A stretch of 64,000 bases of DNA, from NCBI GenBank assembly GCA_009391195.1, contig VEXB01000001.1:20398-84397 (forward strand), in the 5' to 3' direction. Source of the stretch: SAR202 cluster bacterium AC-647-P02_OGT_505m. GTDB lineage: Bacteria > Chloroflexota > Dehalococcoidia > Lucifugimonadales > UBA826. Below are positions 48,751 through 58,213 of the stretch, piece after piece. The translations under genes and the position numbers were made by a program. Every line of letters begins with the position of its first letter. The first letter of the stretch is position 1. A model generated the notes under the pieces. That model was given only the letters and a program-made list of their open reading frames with translations. It had not been told where the DNA came from and did not search any database.

Positions 48751-49911
48751 TTACAGACGGACACGCCTTCCAGAAATACCCCTGTCCTTCCAAGACTGGA
48801 ACTTCAAAACATTAGCAAACATAGAGTAGTAAGCAACTAACACCACGAGAGTAATAGAGACCGGAAACAAAAGGACTAAGTATTTAGGATGTTTAAATCT
48901 TAAACATACAAAAACCCAGGAAATAATTAACATCGATAATGAAAACAGAGAGACTGAGAAAAAGCCTGCACGAAATTGATCTGACGTAACTTCATTAATA
49001 AAGTTATAGGGAGGTATATAGGCAATAACTAAAAGCAAAGTGGAAAAAGCGACCAGAAGACTCACATGATAATTTAAAGCTGGAAATACGCTCCTCGAAA
49101 TTCCCCTTAGAGCATCTCCGTTGTTCTCATAAGGCAGGGAAGTTACCAAGCCATCCCCGTCCAAGAGATTCCATATAAGGCCCTCCCTTTTTGTAATTCT
49201 CCCCAGTTCCATATCATCTACTGCATTATCTCTAATGCTAGAGTGTCCGCCCAATTGCTCATACGCAAACCTTTTAAACAACATAAATTGGCCGTAGGTG
49301 GCCGACAAGTATGGGTTCTTTCTTTTGTGGGCCTGACCCAGAGGAAGCCAGCAGAATATTGCCCAGTCGATGAAAGGAAACATTAATTTTTCCGCTACGC
49401 ATTTTGCAATTCTACGAGGCATAAAAGTTAGTAGATCACAATTACTTTCAGTAGCTTTTCCAAGGGCAAACAAAATGGCGTCTTCTGCCAGAACAGTATC
49501 TGCGTCTATAAAAAGTAGGTACTGCCCCTCCGAGACAAGTGAAAGTTGGTGGCAAGCCCAATGTTTCCCGATCCATCCTGATGGAAGTTCCTCACCAGTC
49601 ATAAGTCTTACTCGAGAATCTTGTTCGGAGAATGCCATCACTATCTCTGAAGTAGCATCTGAAGACCTATCGTCCAACACTATAATCTCTGTGACGTTAC
49701 TACATTGAGAGATTAAAGACTGTAAACACTCAGATATTCGATTTTCTTCGTCTCTTGCTGGAATCAAAACCGACACAGTTACGGTATCAATCAGGGTGTT
49801 TTTCCCAACAGTAGAGGATATGCGATTTAGGAACCGCGTATTGAAAAAGGCTATCAACACGGAAAAACACGCTATGACGGCCACAAAAGAGTGAAGGAGC
49901 ATTTCTAACAC
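48751..49911 (-). CDS. family 2 glycosyltransferase with N- and C-terminal TM segments
   Basis: VSVLIPARDEE, VLDDRSSD and FIDADT (DxD) motifs. Hydrophobic C-terminal third. Confidence 0.8.
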   Translation of the reverse strand: MLEMLLHSFVAVIACFSVLIAFFNTRFLNRISSTVGKNTLIDTVTVSVLIPARDEENRISECLQSLISQCSNVTEIIVLDDRSSDATSEIVMAFSEQDSRVRLMTGEELPSGWIGKHWACHQLSLVSEGQYLLFIDADTVLAEDAILFALGKATESNCDLLTFMPRRIAKCVAEKLMFPFIDWAIFCWLPLGQAHKRKNPYLSATYGQFMLFKRFAYEQLGGHSSIRDNAVDDMELGRITKREGLIWNLLDGDGLVTSLPYENNGDALRGISRSVFPALNYHVSLLVAFSTLLLVIAYIPPYNFINEVTSDQFRAGFFSVSLFSLSMLIISWVFVCLRFKHPKYLVLLFPVSITLVVLVAYYSMFANVLKFQSWKDRGISGRRVRL

Positions 49912-49915
49912 AAGC

Positions 49916-50545
49916 TCAACCCAGCTTTCCGGTAAGTTTTCTGATCCATCCCCTGAAAACTATCCCGTTTCTATATTCGCTACGATGTTTGAATAGTACC
50001 AATCCAAGATTCAAAATACTAAATATAAACAGATCTTTACCACCAAATATTGGAACAAACAGCAGGATAAATCCTACTAAGCATAATGTAACCGTAATTG
50101 CATGGTTGCTCTGTATCAGGTGCGCTAATCCTAGTAAAATAAGACCAACTGGAAACGCAGCTCCTAAGGTTAGGGCTATCCAGACACCCCAGCTAGATGC
50201 TAGCGCCTTACCTCCGTTAAATTTGAGAAACGGCGACCAGGCATGGCCTACCACTGGTGCAATCCATACTACAGCTAGAAGTAGATAGTCTAAATGAACC
50301 CTCGTTGTGCCAATAAACATCAGGCATACTATCACTGGAATTAGGCCTTTTGAAACATCCAATACCAGGACGGTAAGTCCTATTTTCCAGCCAGAAGCGA
50401 TCCAAGCATTGGCGGCACCTGGATTGCCGTCTCCTACACTTCGGGCATCATCACTTCGAAATAATTTTGCAGCCAACACTGACCAAGGGACCGATCCACA
50501 GACATAGCCAGCGGCGATACAGATAAACGCTTGTGATAGTGTCAA
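49916..50545 (-). CDS. plsY: acyl-phosphate:glycerol-3-phosphate acyltransferase PlsY family
   Basis: GSVPWS, GDGNPGAANAW (canonical GSGNxGATN) and HAWSPFLKFNGGKA motifs. 209 aa and polytopic. Confidence 0.72.
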   Translation of the reverse strand: MTLSQAFICIAAGYVCGSVPWSVLAAKLFRSDDARSVGDGNPGAANAWIASGWKIGLTVLVLDVSKGLIPVIVCLMFIGTTRVHLDYLLLAVVWIAPVVGHAWSPFLKFNGGKALASSWGVWIALTLGAAFPVGLILLGLAHLIQSNHAITVTLCLVGFILLFVPIFGGKDLFIFSILNLGLVLFKHRSEYRNGIVFRGWIRKLTGKLG

Positions 50546-50729
50546 ATCTTAGCCCCAATAATAAGTTGTAAGGAAACCGCCGAAGGTTATCATGATTATT
50601 CGATAGTAATACTCTTGGACATCATTACTGGCCCGTTTAATTAATCCTAAAAGCGAGTATTCTAGTCAATTGACCCGTAACACCTACGACTTTACCATGA
50701 TCCCTAAGAACATTTACGAAAGGAAACAT

Positions 50730-51599
50730 ATGACCCAATTCGACCCATTATTCAATGTCAGCAATAAAACCATAATAGTTACCGGTGCATCATCTGGCCT
50801 AGGGGTCACATTTGCAGAATTCCTAGCCAGTCGTGGAGCTAACGTGGTGATATCAGCCCGCCGTGAAGACAAATTAGAAGAACTAAAAAATAAGATCCTT
50901 GAAAGAAACCAGTCAGTGATGTCAATCTCCTGCGACGTAACAGACTCCTCTCAAGTGGCGGCTATGTTTAATGATGCCGAGGAAAGATTTGAAAGAGTAG
51001 ACGTAATAGTCAACAACGCTGGACAGATTGCCGAAGCTGGTGCAGTACCTGAGAAAATTACTGATGAAATGTTTGAACAAACGGTAAGGGTCAATCTACT
51101 GGGACTTTGGTATTGCTGTAGAGAAGCTGGTCAGCGGATGCTTAGAGATGGACTGGGCGGAAGCATTATTAATTTGTCATCCGTAGCCGGGCTTAACGGT
51201 ATGAGGGGCATGCCTGCCGCGTATCAAGCGACTAAGGGAGCTGTTGCGACTCTAACCAAGAGTCTTGCCGCATCCTGGGCCGACCGGGGAATACGGGTTA
51301 ACGCAATAGCTCCCGGTTGGTTTCCCAGCGAAATGACAGGCGCATGGGTCAGACAGTCAGCATTCCGGCATCACATAAGCAATAATTCCCCTATGGGTAG
51401 AATAGGTAAACCAGACGAATTGACTGGTACCTTATTACTACTTGCTTCTGAAGCTTCCAGCTTTATAAATGGTCAAGTCATATCTGTCGACGGTGGCATA
51501 AGTTCTTCGACCGGACTTCCATTCTTTACTGAAGAGATGTTCCAATACATGGAAAAGGCTGTACCGGGGGGCATGGCTAAAAGAATCAAACCAGACTAA
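50730..51599 (+). CDS. SDR family oxidoreductase
   Basis: VTGASSGLG, NNAG and YQATKGA motifs. The ORF opens at 50670, but ATG 50730 gives the canonical N-terminus. Confidence 0.85.
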   Translation: MTQFDPLFNVSNKTIIVTGASSGLGVTFAEFLASRGANVVISARREDKLEELKNKILERNQSVMSISCDVTDSSQVAAMFNDAEERFERVDVIVNNAGQIAEAGAVPEKITDEMFEQTVRVNLLGLWYCCREAGQRMLRDGLGGSIINLSSVAGLNGMRGMPAAYQATKGAVATLTKSLAASWADRGIRVNAIAPGWFPSEMTGAWVRQSAFRHHISNNSPMGRIGKPDELTGTLLLLASEASSFINGQVISVDGGISSSTGLPFFTEEMFQYMEKAVPGGMAKRIKPD

Positions 51600-51613
51600 C
51601 TTGGGGCACGGAT

Positions 51614-52678
51614 ATGTTTCCAAGATCCATTTCGGACGTATCAAACCAATGGCTCAAAAAAGTCACAGGATATGAAGTAAAACACTTTACCTTTGATAAC
51701 GTAAGCGAGGGGAGAGGTTTTGCGGGGGAAGTATTCAAGCTAAATTTAATTTATGCCCACTCCGACTTAATTTCTAATAAAAATCCCTCTACCTTAATCG
51801 TGAAATTCGCTTCACAAAATCCCACGACCAAAAAAATGGTAAGACCTTACGCCATAAATGAAACAAAGATATACAGCAATCTTTCGAAGTTCTACGAAGG
51901 TCTTTTACCATCAATTTATTATTCAGGGTGTGATGAGAAAACTGGTGATTGTTGTATATTAATGGAAGATCTCTCAACAAAAATATACGGCGATTCACTT
52001 AGAGGTTTATCTCTCGCACAATCTATTTCAGCTACAACTTCGATTGCCAGATTTCACTCCAGCTTCTGGGGGACATCCAAGTTAAGTCAGTTCTCCTGGT
52101 TAAAGCATTCGAAATTACTTTTAAGATTCATGAGCAAAATCGTGAAACAACACAGCCCTATATTTTTGGATTCATATGGGAATAGCTTAAGTAGGGAATT
52201 CCAGGAACTTGTAGCAATTTATCCACATAAAATGACGACTATATGGAACAGATTGATGGATTCACCGGTAACAATTTGTCATGGGGACTTCAGGCCTGAC
52301 AATTTCTTTTTCGACGACGATGGCAATAATATTACTGTAATTGACTGGCAATTATGTTCGGAGATGAAAGGAATCGTCGACATAGCATACTTATTCACCT
52401 GGGGTCTTGACGAAAAGAATAGAAAATCATGGGAGTCACAGCTACTCACACATTATCATGACACCCTGATTTCAAAAGGAATAAAAGATTATTCCGAGTC
52501 AAACATACGTAAAGACTATATTCTCGGGCTTTTTGTACCCCTCCAGATACTTATAGTCGCCAGCACAGCCTTAAATAATGGGTCCCAAAGAGGAGAACAA
52601 CTTATTTCCCTAGTAATCAAAAGAATGCAATCAATCATCGATGATCACAATCTACTCTCTCAGTTATCCAGAATATAA
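51614..52678 (+). CDS. phosphotransferase (APH / choline kinase / ecdysteroid-kinase-like) family protein
   Basis: Catalytic loop HGDFRPDNFFF and metal-binding IDWQ. Confidence 0.8.
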   Translation: MFPRSISDVSNQWLKKVTGYEVKHFTFDNVSEGRGFAGEVFKLNLIYAHSDLISNKNPSTLIVKFASQNPTTKKMVRPYAINETKIYSNLSKFYEGLLPSIYYSGCDEKTGDCCILMEDLSTKIYGDSLRGLSLAQSISATTSIARFHSSFWGTSKLSQFSWLKHSKLLLRFMSKIVKQHSPIFLDSYGNSLSREFQELVAIYPHKMTTIWNRLMDSPVTICHGDFRPDNFFFDDDGNNITVIDWQLCSEMKGIVDIAYLFTWGLDEKNRKSWESQLLTHYHDTLISKGIKDYSESNIRKDYILGLFVPLQILIVASTALNNGSQRGEQLISLVIKRMQSIIDDHNLLSQLSRI

Positions 52679-52715
52679 TTTGGATAGACCTAAAAAAATA
52701 TAAGGCAATCTGCAA

Positions 52716-53576
52716 ATGAATCACCAAAGCACTTCGCATATTCTTTATGTTGTGGAAAGACTGTCAAAACAATATTTGTCTGACATAAGCGCTTTGTCAT
52801 CCACCGATCTTGAGCAACCAAGTAAATGTCACATGTGGGCTGTAAAGGACGTACTCTCTCATTTGGTCAGCATTAACGGATTCTTCCAAAACTCAGTAGT
52901 AAGGAGTCTTGGTGGTGATGGAATGCCTCCAGAGGGAATGCCAAATCCCGGAACAGGAAGTGCCGTGACTATGGGTGAGGGAATAGCAAACAGGGCTATT
53001 CAACTCTCAGAAACAGCACTCAGTGACAGGTCACAGATGATCTCCATATCTGAAAGAATGGAAACAGAGTCACTTGAAACTTTCAAAAATGTGAACAATG
53101 ACGAATGGGACCTTCCTGCCTACCACCCTATGAATACACTGTCCCCACGTCTGCTGCTCCTGTTAAAACTATTCGAATTATCAATGCACTCATGGGATGT
53201 TTTCAACGCATTAGATGACAACTACCAAATTGACCCGGAAGCGGCGAACATACTTATAGAGGTATGGAAGTCCCCAGAAATCAATCGTTGGTTTTTCACC
53301 CCTAATATTGAACAAATTGACCCAGTTATATTGGATGTAGAGTTCGAATCAAATAAAGGGTTAAGACTTGCGAGCTGGTCCGGTACGCTAGACATCTTGG
53401 ACAGACCCTCCGAATCCACAAGCTCTGAAACGACAATTAAGGTCAATCCGAGACTCTTTTCATTGTTAATAACTGCCAGAGCTAATCTTGAATCCAACAT
53501 CAGTGACGGAAATATATCTCTAGCGGGAGATAAATCTGCTGTGCGGTGGTTCCATACTTGGTTTAAAGGATCATAG
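52716..53576 (+). CDS. DinB-like / maleylpyruvate isomerase N-terminal domain protein with a C-terminal extension
   Basis: WAVKDVLSHLV is a helix-bundle His motif typical of MDMPI_N/DinB_2. Confidence 0.55.
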   Translation: MNHQSTSHILYVVERLSKQYLSDISALSSTDLEQPSKCHMWAVKDVLSHLVSINGFFQNSVVRSLGGDGMPPEGMPNPGTGSAVTMGEGIANRAIQLSETALSDRSQMISISERMETESLETFKNVNNDEWDLPAYHPMNTLSPRLLLLLKLFELSMHSWDVFNALDDNYQIDPEAANILIEVWKSPEINRWFFTPNIEQIDPVILDVEFESNKGLRLASWSGTLDILDRPSESTSSETTIKVNPRLFSLLITARANLESNISDGNISLAGDKSAVRWFHTWFKGS

Positions 53577-53590
53577 TTCCAGGCCACAAA

Positions 53591-54361
53591 TTATTTTGCT
53601 ACGACTCCACCATCGACAACAATTTCAGATCCAGTTATGAATGATGATTCGTCGGATGCCAGAAAAACAATCGCAGGAACTATGTCGAACGCAGAGCCTA
53701 TTCGTCCAACTGGAATCCTATCTATTAGCCATTTCCTTTGTTCGGACTCTTCAAAAAAATTATTTGTTAATGGTGTAACCGCATAACCTGGGTGCACTGA
53801 GTTAACTCTAATATTATCTTTAGCGTACTGAACAGCTATCGATTTCGTTAAGATACGGGAGGCTCCTTTACCTGCATGGTAGGCAGTCACTGTGGGACTG
53901 CCAACAAGCCCGTAAATAGAAGACACATTGACTATAGAACCTGCTCCCTTCATGCGCATCGAAGGTATGACTTCCCTTGACCCTAGAAATACTGCCTTGG
54001 CATGCACGTCTATCTGTTGCTTCCACGCTTCTTCTGAAGTCTCTTCTACGTTAAATCTGGCAGAATTGCCGGCGTTATTAACAAGAACATCTGGAACACC
54101 AAAAATGGAAATAGTATCTGCGACTACACGCTCCCAGTCAGAACTATTTGTGACGTCATGGTACATAAACTCGGCATCAAACCCACTAGTTTTCATCTGG
54201 GAAACCGTTGCCTGACCCGAATCTGAATCTATATCAGTTACAACTACTTTCGCACCCTCTCGGAGAAATCTCCAAGCGGCAGCACCTCCAAATCCCATAA
54301 CAGAACCCTGTAGTCCAGTAGCGGCCCCGGTAATAATAGCGACCTTTCCTTTTAATCTCAT
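53591..54361 (-). CDS. SDR family oxidoreductase
   Basis: GKVAIITGAATG, NNAG and YHAGKGA motifs. ATG 54361 lies 2 nt after the stop of the upstream gene. The ORF track extension to 54430 overlaps that gene. Confidence 0.87.
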   Translation of the reverse strand: MRLKGKVAIITGAATGLQGSVMGFGGAAAWRFLREGAKVVVTDIDSDSGQATVSQMKTSGFDAEFMYHDVTNSSDWERVVADTISIFGVPDVLVNNAGNSARFNVEETSEEAWKQQIDVHAKAVFLGSREVIPSMRMKGAGSIVNVSSIYGLVGSPTVTAYHAGKGASRILTKSIAVQYAKDNIRVNSVHPGYAVTPLTNNFFEESEQRKWLIDRIPVGRIGSAFDIVPAIVFLASDESSFITGSEIVVDGGVVAK

Positions 54362-54363
54362 TT

Positions 54364-55308
54364 TTAAATACCTATATGAATAAGAGCACTGGAATCCGAC
54401 TCTGGGAGTTTCGACTTTGGCATCTTGCAAATAATAGTGTACGCGGGATCGAAAACGTTACCAATGTCATACTCCACATACATTCCAATAAGAATATTTG
54501 CATCAGGCTGAGATAGCCCATAATCCTGAGTCAACCATCTGAGCATCTCCGAGGTTGCGTGTTGAATAGCTTCATCCAGTGGCCTTACGTTCCCAGCCGT
54601 AAATATATATTCGAAGTTTTGTCCCCTCGGCCATTGGATTAACTTGTCCTTTACAATTTCAAGAGTAAAGGAAACATCCATTGGAATTTCAATGCCAGTG
54701 CCTAAAATTTCACCATCTGACTGCCAGGCATGACCATCTCCAATATGAAATAACGCACCTTCAACAAAAACTGGAAAGTATGCTGTGGTCCCAGGTTCAA
54801 AACCACGATAATCCATATTACCCCCATGAGGTCCCGAAGTGGCCGTAGATATAGACTGCCCTCTGTCAGGTGCTACACCAAAACAACCAATCATAGGTCT
54901 GATGGGAACAGTCAAGCTTTCAAGAGCAGGCGACGGGGACTCTATGGAAGCGGTGTTGGTATCAAAATCTAATACAAAATTGAAAATGTCTGAACTGGGA
55001 ACATTATTCTCATGGCCCGGCTCCAGCACATTGGGAGCTATTTTTGGCCTACAAAACCCGTGATTACGATTCGGCCAAATTTTTTCCAACGTGACGGCAA
55101 GTACATCCCCCGGTAATGCATTATCAACATAAAATGGACCAGTCTGTGGATTTCCACGAGGTGCTACTTGATTACCTTTCCTATCTCGACCTCCCGCATC
55201 CACAGTGACCGTGTGAATCAAGTCACCACTCTTAACCTCAAGTACCGGTTCGTGAGACCCAATCGACATGTAATAAGTGTCAGGGAGAAATCTATGTTCC
55301 ATATCCAT
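54364..55308 (-). CDS. acetamidase/formamidase family protein
   Basis: 314 aa. GNPQTGPFYV..ALPGD and GGNMD motifs typical of FmdA/AmdA. Confidence 0.82.
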   Translation of the reverse strand: MDMEHRFLPDTYYMSIGSHEPVLEVKSGDLIHTVTVDAGGRDRKGNQVAPRGNPQTGPFYVDNALPGDVLAVTLEKIWPNRNHGFCRPKIAPNVLEPGHENNVPSSDIFNFVLDFDTNTASIESPSPALESLTVPIRPMIGCFGVAPDRGQSISTATSGPHGGNMDYRGFEPGTTAYFPVFVEGALFHIGDGHAWQSDGEILGTGIEIPMDVSFTLEIVKDKLIQWPRGQNFEYIFTAGNVRPLDEAIQHATSEMLRWLTQDYGLSQPDANILIGMYVEYDIGNVFDPAYTIICKMPKSKLPESDSSALIHIGI

Positions 55309-55400
55309 CCTCAGAAGATTCTTTTACAGTTTAGTAGAACCTACATAGTAAGAAGAGTTAATAACATTCCCTATCGTCAACATAAGTATAAAATAATCAT

Positions 55401-56279
55401 ATGTTAGATGATTTAAATAAAAATCCTTTGAAAGGTCTACAAATCGCCTCTTTTGGGGAAATTCTTTTCGATATGATAAACGATGAACCTCATCTAGGTG
55501 GCGCACCACTCAACTTCGCCTGGTATGCGAGTCAAATGGGGGCTGAAGTTGCATTTCTAAGCACTGTGGGTAATGACCAACTGGGTGACAAAGCACTGAG
55601 TGCAATTTTGAACACCAAAATAGAACCCATCATCACTAGAAGCAAGTTACCCACAGGAGTAGCGAAAGTATCTAACGATGGATCCTTCACAATTGCTAGG
55701 GGAACAGCCTGGGAAAATATTTCAGTCCCCATATCTAGTGGACGTGACCTACAACTCCTCTACTTTGGATCTTTAGCCCAAGTTTCGAAAGAAAACCGGT
55801 CTAGTTTAAAAACACTTTTAGACAGAAAACCAAAATATGTGCTCGTAGACTTAAACCTGAGGGAGAATTGTTACACCAAACAAACGATAGAAGACTGTCT
55901 CTATTATGCGACCATGTTAAAAGTTAATGAACAAGAATGGAGTATAGTCAGCGAGATCACTGGTATAAATGAACCAGAGCTTCTTATGAGACAGAAGCGC
56001 TTAAACGCAATGGCGGTAACCAGAGGGGAAAACGGCGCGACGTTGTATAGCGCGGCAGGCGCTATAGAGTTCCAACCAAACACCATTGATTTAGTTGATC
56101 AGACTGGTGCAGGAGATGCTTTTAGTGCGTTATTAGCAGTTGGAATACTTATAAATGCTCATCCTGCACAAGCACTTGCCGCATCCTGCCAGGCAGGAGC
56201 AGTAGTCGCTTCAAAAAAAGGGGCTCTAGTAGATTTACCTAGGGACATATTAGAGGCCTATAAAGAAGAATTTAGTTGA
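55401..56279 (+). CDS. PfkB-family carbohydrate kinase (fructokinase-like)
   Basis: GGAPLNFA N-terminal motif and DQTGAGDAF ATP-site motif. Confidence 0.85.
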   Translation: MLDDLNKNPLKGLQIASFGEILFDMINDEPHLGGAPLNFAWYASQMGAEVAFLSTVGNDQLGDKALSAILNTKIEPIITRSKLPTGVAKVSNDGSFTIARGTAWENISVPISSGRDLQLLYFGSLAQVSKENRSSLKTLLDRKPKYVLVDLNLRENCYTKQTIEDCLYYATMLKVNEQEWSIVSEITGINEPELLMRQKRLNAMAVTRGENGATLYSAAGAIEFQPNTIDLVDQTGAGDAFSALLAVGILINAHPAQALAASCQAGAVVASKKGALVDLPRDILEAYKEEFS

Positions 56280-56322
56280 ATAGTTTTCAGTATAGACCTA
56301 ACGCGCGGAGTATCATTTCTGT

Positions 56323-56991
56323 CTAAAAATCTCTCGTGGCAGGTAGGTTTTCATCTTCATCAACAACCTGTGGTGAACCGATCCTTTCTTGACAGTCTTC
56401 TATGGTGATGGGACAGAATGCACACTCTTGTTCACTAGGCACCTTTACTGCAGGAACATCAGAGGAAAGCCGTCTCATCAAACCACCTAAGTTTGAGATA
56501 AAATTTTCTGTCACCGATCCAGCTGGAATACAAACATCATGATCTGAGTAAACTACCCGTCCTTCCAACGAAAAATCGCTAAACCTAGAGTCATACTTTT
56601 CCAAAGCGTACATGTATATCAGAACTTGAGTACTGTGTGAGGGAGATGGCTGCCCAGTTTTAACATCAACAACGACGGCAGTACTCCCACTCAACCCTAT
56701 TAAATCAGGAATTCCACTCAACATCGCTGTCTGTCCCTGAAGTCTAATTCTGTTTTGGTTCTGGATGAATACTTCGTATCCATCATCCTCAAATTTCTGC
56801 CTAGTTTTTAGCAGTAATGCAGTATGTTCCATGTGCCATTTCGCAGTATCAAAATTGGACGGTTCTTTTTTGTAACTATTCCCCTCATAATTCGCCTTAA
56901 ACCAGGATGACCATTCGCAATAATCTTCACCCGCCAAGAGTCTGTTTACCCAAGTTATCCATACATAAGGAGATTCACGTCTCTTAGACAT
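56323..56991 (-). CDS. Cas4-like PD-(D/E)XK nuclease with a 4-Cys cluster, stand-alone
   Basis: Nuclease motifs IPDLI, VVDVKTG and QVLIYMY. Cys29 (numbered from the TTG 57003 ORF start; Cys25 from ATG 56991) plus a C-terminal CAFCPITIEDC match the Cas4 Fe-S pattern. ATG 56991 is preceded by GAGG, while the ORF track opens at TTG 57003. Confidence 0.7.
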   Translation of the reverse strand: MSKRRESPYVWITWVNRLLAGEDYCEWSSWFKANYEGNSYKKEPSNFDTAKWHMEHTALLLKTRQKFEDDGYEVFIQNQNRIRLQGQTAMLSGIPDLIGLSGSTAVVVDVKTGQPSPSHSTQVLIYMYALEKYDSRFSDFSLEGRVVYSDHDVCIPAGSVTENFISNLGGLMRRLSSDVPAVKVPSEQECAFCPITIEDCQERIGSPQVVDEDENLPATRDF

Positions 56992-57195
56992 CCGTAACCT
57001 CAAAAATTTGACTTAATTAAATTGATGTATCACCCACACTAAACTGGAAGACACTACTTTACGAAACTTATACTCGAGACAATATCTTTACAGGATGGAA
57101 AGTTGCAAACCAATTCTAATGACGATAAGTTCAGCTACCCTATAGACACACTCGACAAAATGGGATGGAAAACAACTTTCAAAAAGGAGAATTGA

Positions 57196-57522
57196 ATGGG
57201 ACATTATTTAATAACTGCTTCATACACCAGTGAAGCCTGGGCCGCACAAATTGAAAATCCAAAAAACAGGATGGAAGTGGTAAAACCTTTATTTGATGCT
57301 GTAGGAGGACGCATAGAATCTGCATATTTGTCATTTGGCACCAATGACCTGGTATTGATATGTGAATTCCCGGATAACGTAAGTGCTGCATCGGTTGCCA
57401 TAAAAGCCGCGTCGGGAGGGGGACTATCTAATTTCCAGACTACTCCCCTTATCTCGATTGAGGACGGAATGGAAGCCCTAAAGAAAGCAGGCGGTTTAAG
57501 TTACTCAGCACCAGGAAACTAA
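57196..57522 (+). CDS. GYD-domain protein
   Basis: 108 aa. HYLITASYT...W N-terminus and the GYD-family length. AAGGAG SD. Confidence 0.78.
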   Translation: MGHYLITASYTSEAWAAQIENPKNRMEVVKPLFDAVGGRIESAYLSFGTNDLVLICEFPDNVSAASVAIKAASGGGLSNFQTTPLISIEDGMEALKKAGGLSYSAPGN

Positions 57523-57587
57523 CCTATCATTTAGATGAAATAAATATTTTTAAGGTTTGCAGTTAGCCCTTCATCAAAATACTTCGC

Positions 57588-57845
57588 ATGAATATAGACG
57601 TTGGAATAAAAAATATCATCGTGATGTGTATTGGCGTTGCATCTCTCACGTTGGGAGCTTTGTCAGGTAGTGCAATTACGATGCTGCTATCGCCCGCAGA
57701 TGAGTTCAACCGGTCACCTGGGTGGTGGTCAGGACATCCTAGCCTCGAAGTGATACTAATTATAGTCGGCAGCTGTCTCGGAGCTGGTGTTTATTGGATA
57801 CCATACAAATTATTTTTTGAAGGATGGGTAAGCGAACATAAATAG
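57588..57845 (+). CDS. small membrane protein (2 predicted TM segments), hypothetical
   Basis: Two hydrophobic stretches. No clear SD. Confidence 0.4.
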   Translation: MNIDVGIKNIIVMCIGVASLTLGALSGSAITMLLSPADEFNRSPGWWSGHPSLEVILIIVGSCLGAGVYWIPYKLFFEGWVSEHK

Positions 57846-57912
57846 TCTGAATAGTGGTGAGAATGTGGAAAACAGGTGTGGTGGACGTTATGTGAGTCGA
57901 GGGAATCCGACT
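57844..57912. repeat. decayed copy of the tRNA-Ala 3' end plus its downstream flank (partner at 60228..60300)
   Basis: AGTCTGAATAGT is identical at 57844 and 60228. It is followed in both by related A/G-rich ..ATG.TGGAAA.ACAG.. and then (G/A)TGGTGGA (antisense of the tRNA TCCACCA end). Confidence 0.45.
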
Positions 57913-57970
57913 TGTGTAACCTGGTTAAGGTGGGCACAGAATATATAGGGTAGAGACTTTCCTTAGGTAA

Positions 57971-58171
57971 TTATCGCCTATATAACAACGACAACCCGAC
58001 AAAAACCGCTATTCCAAATGAAACAGCACCAACAATACAAACGCCTTTATCCATACCAAAGACAGAACACATTACTAGGTAGTAGGCGGCAGCAATTCCT
58101 ACGGCTGGAACGACAGATTTAGAGAGTGCATTTTTTGTATTTTCACTAATCATAATTCCATCATCATACAC
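57971..58171 (-). CDS. small membrane protein, hypothetical
   Basis: Two hydrophobic stretches. Weak start context. Confidence 0.35.
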   Translation of the reverse strand: MYDDGIMISENTKNALSKSVVPAVGIAAAYYLVMCSVFGMDKGVCIVGAVSFGIAVFVGLSLLYRR

Positions 58172-58213
58172 TTGAATTTGGAATGCGCATCACCACTTCT
58201 GAGTGCGTACGGA

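Noticed and set aside
56323-57003. A CRISPR-Cas locus implied by the Cas4-like gene
   Set aside because: I saw no repeat-spacer array and no other cas genes anywhere in the window, so it is treated as a stand-alone PD-(D/E)XK nuclease.
57880-57936. A second tRNA or pseudo-tRNA gene on the minus strand (..GTCGGATTCCCTCGACTCACATAACGTCCACCA)
   Set aside because: Only the terminal TCCACCA and scattered T-arm positions match. No acceptor or anticodon stems can be drawn, so at most it is a decayed 3' fragment.
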